From positions 76 to 64,075 of the forward strand of contig JBPOJC010000005.1 of NCBI GenBank assembly GCA_052034135.1: 64,000 nt of DNA, given 5' to 3'. Shown here piece by piece: positions 9,249 through 17,577 of this stretch (within the stretch, counting starts at the first letter, position 1; each line of letters opens with the position of its first letter). The notes beneath the pieces were generated by a model. The model did no database searches. It had not been told where the DNA came from and saw only the letters and a program-made list of their open reading frames with translations. The DNA is from Caldisericota bacterium. Its GTDB lineage: Bacteria > Caldisericota > Caldisericia > UBA6126 > JAGPKI01. The translations under genes were made by a program, and so were the position numbers.

Positions 9249-9473
9249 ATGGTTGACTATTTAATAAAGAAAATTCCACGAGATATATTCGAGAAAGTTT
9301 ATGAAGCAATCAAGAAGGATGGAGAACATTGGTATATAGCGCATCATTTCGGCTTTGGAATGAGTGTAAGAAACCTTTTGAGGGGGAAATTTGACTGGAG
9401 AGATGATACTACGCTTGATAATAGCTGGCAAATTCTTGTTAAAGAAGCAGTAAATAAACTTTTTGAATCGTAA
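9249..9473 (+). CDS. Hypothetical small protein (74 aa) upstream of the cmr operon
   Basis: The ORF is preceded by a weak purine-rich RBS and is same-strand and close to the cas operon. No motif is recognised. Confidence 0.3.
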   Translation: MVDYLIKKIPRDIFEKVYEAIKKDGEHWYIAHHFGFGMSVRNLLRGKFDWRDDTTLDNSWQILVKEAVNKLFES

Positions 9474-9554
9474 ATGCATAAACTAATCGAAAATGTGAGA
9501 ATTGATTTGACAAAATATATCTTAGAGTTACAACATTATACGGAGATGTAAAAT

Positions 9555-9761
9555 ATGGCTGAAAGTAACAAGTATGAGAACAGTAAATTTGTAGAGATAT
9601 TTTGGCATCAGAAATACGATAGAATAGAATTGGATGAAAAGATGCCCATCGAAAAGCTAAATCTTCCATTTCAGACCATTGAGACAATAAACAAGCCCAC
9701 AATAAAAGACCTTGAAGTCAGACTCCACCTAAAGAAAAACTCGATAGCAGATTATAAATAA
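9555..9761 (+). CDS. Hypothetical small protein (68 aa) upstream of the cmr operon
   Basis: A GGAG RBS precedes the ATG. The ORF ends exactly at the tandem repeat in front of cmr1. No motif is recognised. Confidence 0.3.
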   Translation: MAESNKYENSKFVEIFWHQKYDRIELDEKMPIEKLNLPFQTIETINKPTIKDLEVRLHLKKNSIADYK

Positions 9762-9792
9762 AATTACTTATAGTTAAAATTACTTATAGTTA
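9761..9792 (+). promoter_or_regulatory. Perfect 16-bp tandem direct repeat (AAATTACTTATAGTTA x2) about 90 bp upstream of cmr1; candidate operator or promoter element
   Basis: The two exact copies are at 9761-9776 and 9777-9792. They sit in the only sizeable intergenic gap preceding the seven-gene coupled operon. Confidence 0.4.
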
Positions 9793-9879
9793 TTGAAGTG
9801 CATAAGAGAGTGAAATAATGGTAAATGTGGTGGATTTATTTGGTAAGGACGCAAAAAAAGTTTTGAAGGTGAAAATAAA

Positions 9880-11001
9880 ATGAAAGAATTTGCAGTAAAA
9901 ATTAAACTTTTAACTCCAATTTGGACGGGGGACGCAAATAGACACAATACTACTTTAAGAGAGACTGGTATAATTGGAAGTTTGAGATGGTGGTATGAAG
10001 CATTAATCAGGGGGCTTGGTGGAACCGCTTGTGACCCAACAAATGAGAGTCTCCGATGTAAATTAGATCATGATAAATTTTATAAGGCAATAAAGAACGG
10101 AAATTCAATTAAAGATGCATTAGATGCGCAAATATGCCAGGTTTGTCAGCTTTTTGGCTGTACAGGTTGGGCAAGAAAATTTAGATTGGAAATAGTAGGC
10201 AACGGTATTACTCCTATTCAAGGAGTATGGATAGGAACAAGAGAAAAGAGAGGGAATAAATATTTAAAGCGAAATATATCAGGCTTGATGTCTAATGATT
10301 TAATAACTTTGAAATTTATCCCATTAAGAGATATTTCTCAACAAGAATGGAGTTTATTGAATATAAGTTTGGGAATAATAGAAAATTATGGAGCTTTAGG
10401 GGCACACATCTCTCAAGGAAATGGTGTAATTGAAGTTGTTGAAAATAATTTGCCTCGTAGTAATAAGCTTTGGACATTTGATTTAAAGAAAAATAAAGAT
10501 AATAGCGAGTTACCTAATTTGAATAATTTTTTCTTTTACAAGTTTCATATCAAATTTAAAGAAAGCTTAGTAAACCTAATTAATAACAATGTTTTTTGGA
10601 CTCATACTTTAGATCATAGTGAATTTAAAAATGACCTAAACTCATGGCGAGTACTTTGGACTAAATATCATTTTCTTCCAATATCATTTCATATAAGGGA
10701 TACTATAAGGTGTTTAGAGAGTGATAGAAATAAAAGGCATGAAATATTTGGCATAGGCGGGGGAAATGCTAAAGGCTCAAAAGTGTTTGCCTCTCATGGA
10801 TATAAAATTGATGAAAAAACCATAGAAGTTCGAGTTTGTGGATATAATGTGGACCAATGTATTAAAAATAGGATAAAGAATGAAATAGGCAGTATGCTGG
10901 AAGAAAAGTTATTTTCGTCAGATGAAAATAGGAAAAACTTAGAAGAATGTATTTTGACAGAAGAAAAAGAGGGTAGCGAATTACTGGAGGGGTTAAAATG
11001 A
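9880..11001 (+). CDS. cmr1: Type III CRISPR RAMP protein, Cmr1-like (Cas7 family)
   Basis: The N-terminal region matches the RAMP family ('LTPIWTGDA...TGIIGSLRWWYEALIRGLGG'). The zinc-finger-like 'CQVCQLFGCTGW' is the CxxC-LFG motif typical of type III RAMPs. A C-terminal G-rich segment is present ('FGIGGGNAKGSKVF'). Confidence 0.7.
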   Translation: MKEFAVKIKLLTPIWTGDANRHNTTLRETGIIGSLRWWYEALIRGLGGTACDPTNESLRCKLDHDKFYKAIKNGNSIKDALDAQICQVCQLFGCTGWARKFRLEIVGNGITPIQGVWIGTREKRGNKYLKRNISGLMSNDLITLKFIPLRDISQQEWSLLNISLGIIENYGALGAHISQGNGVIEVVENNLPRSNKLWTFDLKKNKDNSELPNLNNFFFYKFHIKFKESLVNLINNNVFWTHTLDHSEFKNDLNSWRVLWTKYHFLPISFHIRDTIRCLESDRNKRHEIFGIGGGNAKGSKVFASHGYKIDEKTIEVRVCGYNVDQCIKNRIKNEIGSMLEEKLFSSDENRKNLEECILTEEKEGSELLEGLK

Positions 11002-11843
11002 TGCATGACTATTACCTTTCAAAGGCGGAAGAATATGCGGATATTGAGGATATTGAATTAGCTAAAAATAAGAAAGATATTCAGGATAAGTTGAAAAAAG
11101 ATGTAGATGATGAACTTATCCATACCTTTTACCCTTCAAAAGATGATCTCAAAAATCTTCCTCAAAACTCCACTCTTTTAAAAATCTCCTTCACTCTAAA
11201 AAAGTCTTATACAAGCAAAGATGAAGGGGAATTTCATATTTACAATAGTAAAGATAAAAGGGATAAAATCTTTGAAAATCCGATTGTTAGGGATAAATTC
11301 ACAGGGCTTCCTGCAGTAAAGCCTTCAACATGGAAAGGACACTTGCGTTTTGCTGCAAATAAAGCTGAATGGGAAAATGAGCAAGAAAAAAAGGAAATTA
11401 TCAGAAGGCTTTTTGGTTCAGAATCAGAGGAAAAAGAAAATCCATTAAAGGGGAGGCTTTATTTTTTCCCTACATTTTTCAGAGAAGACACAGATATGGA
11501 TGTAATTACCCCCTTGAAAAGAGCCACCAGAATTCCAGCAAGAGGCCCAATAAGCTTAGAAGTTATGAAACCAGGCAAGAATGCTGATTTTTATCTATTA
11601 TACGTTCCCTATCCAAAGGGAGCGGATTTCAAGGAGGAAGATGTCAATAAAGATTTAAGATTTTTAGCTGAGGCTTTAAAACTGATGTTTTATACTTATG
11701 GCTTTTCTGCAAAAAAGACAAGCGGATTTGGGGTAATTGAGAATTTAGAAGCAGGGAATATTGATGTTTATCCTGAAGATAAAAAAGAAATTTTCTCAAT
11801 ACTATACACTAAAGTAAGCGATAGTGTTAACCATGGTGTATAA
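10998..11843 (+). CDS. cmr6: Type III CRISPR RAMP protein, Cmr6-like (Cas7 family)
   Basis: The pattern 'GLPAVKPSTWKGHLRFAA', then 'RRLFGSES', then 'KGRLYFFPTFF' matches the Cas7 G-loop followed by a hydrophobic strand. A C-terminal 'SGFGVIE' G-rich loop is present. The start overlaps the cmr1 stop (ATGA). Confidence 0.6.
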   Translation: MMHDYYLSKAEEYADIEDIELAKNKKDIQDKLKKDVDDELIHTFYPSKDDLKNLPQNSTLLKISFTLKKSYTSKDEGEFHIYNSKDKRDKIFENPIVRDKFTGLPAVKPSTWKGHLRFAANKAEWENEQEKKEIIRRLFGSESEEKENPLKGRLYFFPTFFREDTDMDVITPLKRATRIPARGPISLEVMKPGKNADFYLLYVPYPKGADFKEEDVNKDLRFLAEALKLMFYTYGFSAKKTSGFGVIENLEAGNIDVYPEDKKEIFSILYTKVSDSVNHGV

Positions 11844-11845
11844 AA

Positions 11846-12604
11846 ATGAGAATTAATTTAATAGACCAATTAGCATCTAAAGGAAATACTTTTACCTTTG
11901 AGGAAGCGCAAAAATTAATAGGGTCTGACTATTCTGTGACAAAAGTAATTATTTCTCGTCTTGAGAAAAAGGGATGGATTGAAAGAATTGAGAAGGGTAA
12001 ATATATGATTATTCCTCTGGGAGCTGAGAAAGGTAAGTATACTCTTAATGAGTTTGTTATTGGTTCTATGCTTATTAAGCCTTATGCAATTGCTTACTGG
12101 AGTGCTCTTCATTTTTATGGCCTCACTGAACAAATACCAAATACGGTATTTATTCAAACAACTGCAAGAAAGAAAAATCAAAATATTAAAGTTTTTGGCA
12201 TTAATTATAAAATTGTGAGAATAAAAGAGGCAAAATTCTTTGGTATTCGTAGGGAATGGATAGAAGAAACGCAGATAAATATCACAGATAAAGAAAAAAC
12301 AATAGTGGATTGCTTAGATAAACCTCAGTACTGTGGTGGAATAATAGAAGTAGCAAAAGCATTAAAAAATGGAAGCTTTGATAAGGATAGATTGGAAGTT
12401 TATGCAAATAAAATTGGAAATTCAGGTGTTATTAGGAGACTTGGTTTTCTGTGTGATTTTCTTGGAATCAAGATAAATTTACCTCAAATTAAGACAAAAA
12501 ATTATCTTTATCTTGATCCAACAATGCCACTGGAAGGGCAAAGAAATGCTAAGTGGCGATTAATTATAAATCTTGATGAGAAGATTCTGGGGGCACTTGA
12601 GTGA
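11846..12604 (+). CDS. abiEi: AbiEi-family antitoxin / transcriptional regulator (type IV TA antitoxin, COG5340-like)
   Basis: An N-terminal wHTH-like region and 'SALHFYGLTEQIP' are present. The C-terminal 'ITDKEKTIVDCLDKPQYCGGIIEVAKAL' matches the conserved AbiEi C-domain. The start is 2 nt after the cmr6-like stop, and the stop overlaps the next gene. Confidence 0.7.
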   Translation: MRINLIDQLASKGNTFTFEEAQKLIGSDYSVTKVIISRLEKKGWIERIEKGKYMIIPLGAEKGKYTLNEFVIGSMLIKPYAIAYWSALHFYGLTEQIPNTVFIQTTARKKNQNIKVFGINYKIVRIKEAKFFGIRREWIEETQINITDKEKTIVDCLDKPQYCGGIIEVAKALKNGSFDKDRLEVYANKIGNSGVIRRLGFLCDFLGIKINLPQIKTKNYLYLDPTMPLEGQRNAKWRLIINLDEKILGALE

Positions 12605-15600
12605 TTTCAAAAAATGAAATACCACAGAAAGCAAGGGAAAAAGAAGTACCTGAATCTACTATTGAGAGAGACTATGTTCAGAACTGGTTACTTATGGCAT
12701 TATCATCTCTTCCTCTTGTACTAAAAGGAGGAACAGGTATAAGAAAGGTGTATGTTGAAGATTATAGATTTTCTGATGATTTAGATTTTACATTACTTAA
12801 TAGGATTGATGAAGATGAATTAAGAGAAATAATAGAAAAATCAGTGGAAAAAGCAAGAGAAGAAAGTGGAATAAATTTTAGTAGGGATATAGGGTTTTGT
12901 AAAAATGATAATGGTTTTGAAGCAGATGTCTATTTTCAGCTTATGCAAACGGGAAGCAATAGAACATCAGTAAAGATAGATATAACAAACTGTGAGAATG
13001 AGAGGATACTTTTACCAGTAGATATAAAGAAGATAATTCATCCATATTCTGATGATTTAAATGCTGAAGTAAAAGTATATGCTCTTGAAGAGATGATTAC
13101 AGAAAAGATAAGGAGTCTTTTTCAGAGAACAAGACCGAGAGATCTATATGATGTATGGTATATGTGGGATAAGGTGGATAGAAGAAAAATTTTTAAAATT
13201 CTTCCTGAAAAATTTAAATCAAAAAATGTTGAGATGGATATAAAAGATTTTGAGCAAAGGAAAAATGACTTTGAAGGTGCTTGGAAAAATTCTCTTGGTC
13301 ATCAACTTAAAGAGTTACCTGAATTTGAAAATGTGTTTTTGACCGTGTTTGAGGAGGTAAAAAAGATGCTTATTGATATAATTAGTAATAATAAAGAAAA
13401 TATCTTAATTGGTGAAATTGGGGCTTTGCTTCATGATATTGGAAAATGCCACCCAGATTTTATAAGGGTACAGTCTTTAGAGCATGAAACTAATTTTGTT
13501 CACGAAAATATTGATAAATTTTTGAAACCTGAGCTTATTGATACCCTTAAAAAGGTAAAAATAAAATTCGATAATGAAGAAAAATCAGTCTATGATCTTA
13601 TTCGTTATCACCATGATGCTAAGGGAACTCTTTTAAAATATTTAGAAAAATGTGATCGCTTAGATTCAGCTGATGATAAAGGAGTTGTGAGAAAAAAACA
13701 GTCAAAAGATGATACTATTATATGTTCACCATTTGGTTTTTCTAAAGAAAAGATTGATCTTCAGTGTTTGCAAAAAAGACTAAACGATTTAGAAAGTAAT
13801 TTGATAGGATTATTCCAAAATTATGTATCTGGTAGTTTAGATATAGTCTGTTTTAGAAAATGTTTGATGAATAACCTAAACACAACATTTTCCTGTGCTC
13901 TTGGAGAGACAAGGATCCCAGCAAATGATGTAACCCTCTGGGATCATTCACATTCTACGGCATCGCTCTTTAAGTCTGCATTGTGTGCGATGGTCCTTGG
14001 TGAAAAACCTGATAAAGACAAATTGCAATGGAGGATCTTTGGATTTTGCTGGGATGGTATTGGTTTTATAAATAAAGGTAAGGAAGTTGCTGACATTCTT
14101 CAGAGAAAAAAAATTATTGATGAGATGAAGAGAAAATTAAAAGATAAATTTGAAGAAGAGATCCCAATTGGTAATGTAATTTATGAGGATAATAATGGGA
14201 TTTATTTTACATTTCCAGCATTGAATAACAATTCAGAAGCACTTGCAAAAGAATGTGCAAAGATAGGACTTGATATTATTAGAAAAGATAGTAATGATGA
14301 GATATGGCCATTTTTCACATTGAGTAAGCCACATAGAACCCTTACAATCCTTACTGAAGAATTAAAATTTGCTTCTAAGGAAAGAGCTATACCTAAAATG
14401 ACACCAACTTTATTTATTGAAGGAAATGGAGAGATAACGTTAGATAATCCTGAAATAGATACTCCAAAAGATGGTTGGGATATTTGTCCTATCTGTAGAT
14501 TAAGAGCAAAGCTTGAGGATGATGATAGATGTGATGTTTGTAAAGAAAGAAAAAAAGGGAGATTAGATAGTTGGCTTAGTAGTAGAGAGAATACAATCTG
14601 GATAGATGAAGTTGCGGATGATAATAATCGCATTGCATTACTTACCCTAAGCTTTGACCTTGATAAATGGCTTGATGGTACGATGATTGGAACCATTTTT
14701 TCTCAAACTCTTGAGGACTGGAAAAATAGCAAAGATGCGATTAAGTTTTTCAGTAATAAACAAAACGAACAAAAGCTAAAAAGTAAAGGCATAAATATTA
14801 ATGATGCTCCTATTAATTTATCAAAAAATTGTTTGAAAATTATTACAGATGAGGATCCCTTAAAAAAGGATCCCTCAAAAGACCCTGCATTTAAAAGTGA
14901 ACTGATAAATACATTTTACGAGGATGTTAAATCTACTCAAAATGAAAAAGATGAGAATTATATTGAAAAATTTATTGATAATCTTAAAGTACGTGTAGGT
15001 CCTGAACCATTTAATTCATCTAATCTGCAAAAAGTAATTTTCACTCAAAATCCATCTCCTGCTCGTTTGTATAGAATTTGGAAAGAGACAGATGAATTTT
15101 TTGGTTTAGTTACTAAAGATATAAAAGGAGGAATCTATTCTCGTAAACGGAAAAGGCTACATTTCTCAGCAGATAATAACGCTTTAAAAGTTAAGATAGA
15201 TCTTGAGAGTATAGAAAATACTCCTTTAGAAAATACTCCTTTAATAATAAAAATAAATGGTTTAAAGCCTGAAAGTATTTTAGTCATTCATACATCAGGT
15301 GGTGAATTTTATACCATTGAATCACTTGAAAAATTTAAATACGGAGATAAATCAGGCCCTGATGTCGTTAAAGACGCTTTAAGTAAAGGGTTATATTGGA
15401 TTTCAGAGGAAGATAAACCTGATATTAATCTACTAAAGAATGGTCAAAATATAAAGATTAATGGCATTCTTTCAGAAGAAGATTATTATCCCATTATTGA
15501 AATTACAAAGTCTCCATTGTCAATGCGACTAATTGTACCAGCATCTGACTCTATATCAATTTTGAAGTCAATAGTAAAGCTATATAATCAAAGATTTGAA

Positions 15601-16284
15601 AAGGTTTTAGGGAAATTACCTTTTAATATTGGTTTACTCGTTTCAAAGAGGAAGTTTCCACTCTATGTTTTATTAGATACTGGAGAAAGATTATTTCATG
15701 CTAAAGAGTTTAAGAAGCCTGAAATGATGGATGCATGGTGGGATATAAATGATCTTAGGAATGACGAATTTTACAGTTTTTATCCAGTAACAAAATTTGA
15801 AGATCAAAAATACAATCTTGATGATTTAGTTCCATTATCTAAAGGCAAAATCTATTCTTTATATCCTGGATATTTTGACTTTGACTTAATCCTTGGTACA
15901 CAAGATAGATACAATATTACCTACAATGAGAAAAGAAGAGCTAATAACGATTACATGCTATTTTCTAAAAGACCTTGTTATTTTTATCAATTTCCACAGA
16001 TGATTGACTTATGGGAAATTCTTAATAATAATCTCTCAAGCTCTCAAATTAACTTTATTGAAGAATCATTAACAAATAAACTGCGAGAATGGCGCAATGT
16101 TAATGAACCTATAAAAAATGATGTATTCAGAAAGTTTGTAGAGGCAACAATAAAAGATGCATTTAGCAGTAACTGGGATAAATTAGAAAAGGAGACCAAA
16201 GATTTTATTTTAAACTCTGCTTACAATGGGTTTTTACTTGATACCATAGTTTTATTTAATCATACTATAAAGAAGGGAGAATAA
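12601..16284 (+). CDS. cas10: Fusion protein: AbiEii-type (DUF1814, Pol-beta superfamily) nucleotidyltransferase, then an HD domain, then a Cas10/Cmr2-like large subunit body with a treble-clef zinc finger
   Basis: Residues 1-~200 carry the Pol-beta nucleotidyltransferase signature in the AbiEii arrangement ('DYVQNWLL...LVLKGGTGIRKVYVEDYRFSDDLDFTL'). Around aa 270-360 an HD motif is present ('GALLHDIGKC...IRYHHDAKG...CDRLDSADD'). At about aa 620-645 lies the Cas10-type zinc finger 'CPICRLRAKLEDDDRCDVC'. It is followed by a palm-like Asp strand, 'IALLTLSFDLDKW'. The 1227-aa length and the position between RAMP genes fit a Cas10 slot. The GTG start overlaps the abiEi stop. Confidence 0.6.
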   Translation: MISKNEIPQKAREKEVPESTIERDYVQNWLLMALSSLPLVLKGGTGIRKVYVEDYRFSDDLDFTLLNRIDEDELREIIEKSVEKAREESGINFSRDIGFCKNDNGFEADVYFQLMQTGSNRTSVKIDITNCENERILLPVDIKKIIHPYSDDLNAEVKVYALEEMITEKIRSLFQRTRPRDLYDVWYMWDKVDRRKIFKILPEKFKSKNVEMDIKDFEQRKNDFEGAWKNSLGHQLKELPEFENVFLTVFEEVKKMLIDIISNNKENILIGEIGALLHDIGKCHPDFIRVQSLEHETNFVHENIDKFLKPELIDTLKKVKIKFDNEEKSVYDLIRYHHDAKGTLLKYLEKCDRLDSADDKGVVRKKQSKDDTIICSPFGFSKEKIDLQCLQKRLNDLESNLIGLFQNYVSGSLDIVCFRKCLMNNLNTTFSCALGETRIPANDVTLWDHSHSTASLFKSALCAMVLGEKPDKDKLQWRIFGFCWDGIGFINKGKEVADILQRKKIIDEMKRKLKDKFEEEIPIGNVIYEDNNGIYFTFPALNNNSEALAKECAKIGLDIIRKDSNDEIWPFFTLSKPHRTLTILTEELKFASKERAIPKMTPTLFIEGNGEITLDNPEIDTPKDGWDICPICRLRAKLEDDDRCDVCKERKKGRLDSWLSSRENTIWIDEVADDNNRIALLTLSFDLDKWLDGTMIGTIFSQTLEDWKNSKDAIKFFSNKQNEQKLKSKGININDAPINLSKNCLKIITDEDPLKKDPSKDPAFKSELINTFYEDVKSTQNEKDENYIEKFIDNLKVRVGPEPFNSSNLQKVIFTQNPSPARLYRIWKETDEFFGLVTKDIKGGIYSRKRKRLHFSADNNALKVKIDLESIENTPLENTPLIIKINGLKPESILVIHTSGGEFYTIESLEKFKYGDKSGPDVVKDALSKGLYWISEEDKPDINLLKNGQNIKINGILSEEDYYPIIEITKSPLSMRLIVPASDSISILKSIVKLYNQRFEKVLGKLPFNIGLLVSKRKFPLYVLLDTGERLFHAKEFKKPEMMDAWWDINDLRNDEFYSFYPVTKFEDQKYNLDDLVPLSKGKIYSLYPGYFDFDLILGTQDRYNITYNEKRRANNDYMLFSKRPCYFYQFPQMIDLWEILNNNLSSSQINFIEESLTNKLREWRNVNEPIKNDVFRKFVEATIKDAFSSNWDKLEKETKDFILNSAYNGFLLDTIVLFNHTIKKGE

Positions 16285-16289
16285 TTAAA

Positions 16290-17195
16290 ATGGATGTACC
16301 TAAAAAATATTTTGCAATAACTCTTGATCCTGTACATATCGGGGCTGGCGGATATAGACTTGGTTTTGTAGATAATACTATAGTAAGGGAACCAGCTACT
16401 GATATACCTAAAATTCCTGGGACATCACTGGCAGGTGTAATAAGAGCGTTTGCAGAGTTAGTTAAAACAGAGGATGATAAGATAGCTGATACAGAGAAGA
16501 AATTCAAGAATATAAATATTGAAACAGCATTCGGTGATGAAAATAAACAGGGAATGTTAAGGTTCTATGATGGACAGATAATCTTTTTCCCAGTATCTTC
16601 AATTGAGGGGACAGTCTGGATAACTACAAAAGAATTACTTGAATACTGGCTTGGAGACATGAAGGATGAACAAGGCAAGAAAATTACAATTCCATATGAA
16701 GTGCAAGATAAAGCATATGCAGTAAAAGGAGTTAATCCTGAAGCATTAAAGCTTGGATTAAATCTTGGATGGCTATTGCTGGAGATTCAGAATATTACTG
16801 GAGGGAAAGAAGTTGTACTGCCATCAGAATTAGAGAATTTCTTAAAAAGGATTGTAGTCGTTTCAGATAAGCTATTTTCTCATCTGGTAAATGACAATTT
16901 AGAAGTGAGAACATCTGTAAAAATCGATCCAAAGACAGGGACAGCATCTGAAGGAGCATTGTTTACATACGAAGCCATACCAAGAGGAACTATATTAGGA
17001 TTTGAAATGGTTATAGATACAAGAAGGGAAAATGTAGATGATATTGAAACATTAATTAAAGCCACGTTTCCTTATTTAAAGCTTCTTGGTGTAGGTGGAC
17101 TGGGAACACGAGGTTTTGGAAGGATTAATATGTTTGGAATAAATGAAAATAATGCTCAATCCTCAAAAGGAGGAAAAGTAAATGATAAATCTTGA
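16290..17195 (+). CDS. cmr4: Type III CRISPR backbone RAMP Cmr4 (Cas7)
   Basis: The N-terminus is Cmr4-like ('ITLDPVHIGAGG...IPGTSLAGVIRA'). The 'FGDENKQGMLRFYDGQIIFFP' segment and the G-rich C-terminus 'LLGVGGLGTRGFGRI' are both present. Confidence 0.7.
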   Translation: MDVPKKYFAITLDPVHIGAGGYRLGFVDNTIVREPATDIPKIPGTSLAGVIRAFAELVKTEDDKIADTEKKFKNINIETAFGDENKQGMLRFYDGQIIFFPVSSIEGTVWITTKELLEYWLGDMKDEQGKKITIPYEVQDKAYAVKGVNPEALKLGLNLGWLLLEIQNITGGKEVVLPSELENFLKRIVVVSDKLFSHLVNDNLEVRTSVKIDPKTGTASEGALFTYEAIPRGTILGFEMVIDTRRENVDDIETLIKATFPYLKLLGVGGLGTRGFGRINMFGINENNAQSSKGGKVNDKS

Positions 17196-17577
17196 TTATT
17201 TATGCACAAAAATTGGTCAGGAAATAGGAGAAATGAAAAAGGAAAGAAATGAATCTACTCTTAGTACTCTTAGGAAGGCTCTTGGTATTTTACAAGAAGA
17301 TGGAGTTTATGCAATGTTTCTTTGGCTTGAAAAAGAAAATAGTGGGATAAGAAAAAAATTAACTACCGAGCTAAATGGTAGTGATATAGTTAAAAAATAT
17401 CTTTTACAAAATTCAGAGGGTTTTCGTGACGATTTTAAAGAATTTTGTAAAGACCTTAGCGAGCTTTCTCAGGATATTGATAAACTATTCTTTCTTAAAA
17501 AGATACTTGAACGTTCATTAACTTATGCTTTGTATCACGCAAAGATAAAAGGTGTCGAAAATGTGGCAGAGACTTGA
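17182..17577 (+). CDS. cmr5: Type III small subunit Cmr5 (Cas11)
   Basis: The protein is 131 aa and all-helical in character. It lies between cmr4 and the last RAMP gene and overlaps both neighbours. Confidence 0.5.
   Translation: MINLDYLCTKIGQEIGEMKKERNESTLSTLRKALGILQEDGVYAMFLWLEKENSGIRKKLTTELNGSDIVKKYLLQNSEGFRDDFKEFCKDLSELSQDIDKLFFLKKILERSLTYALYHAKIKGVENVAET

Noticed and set aside
15280-15315. 'SGGEF' as the Cas10 GGDD cyclase motif
   Set aside because: It lies about 220 aa after the putative first palm Asp strand, where the usual distance is 70-100 aa. Glu-Phe replaces Asp-Asp. It is kept as ambiguous rather than called as an active site.
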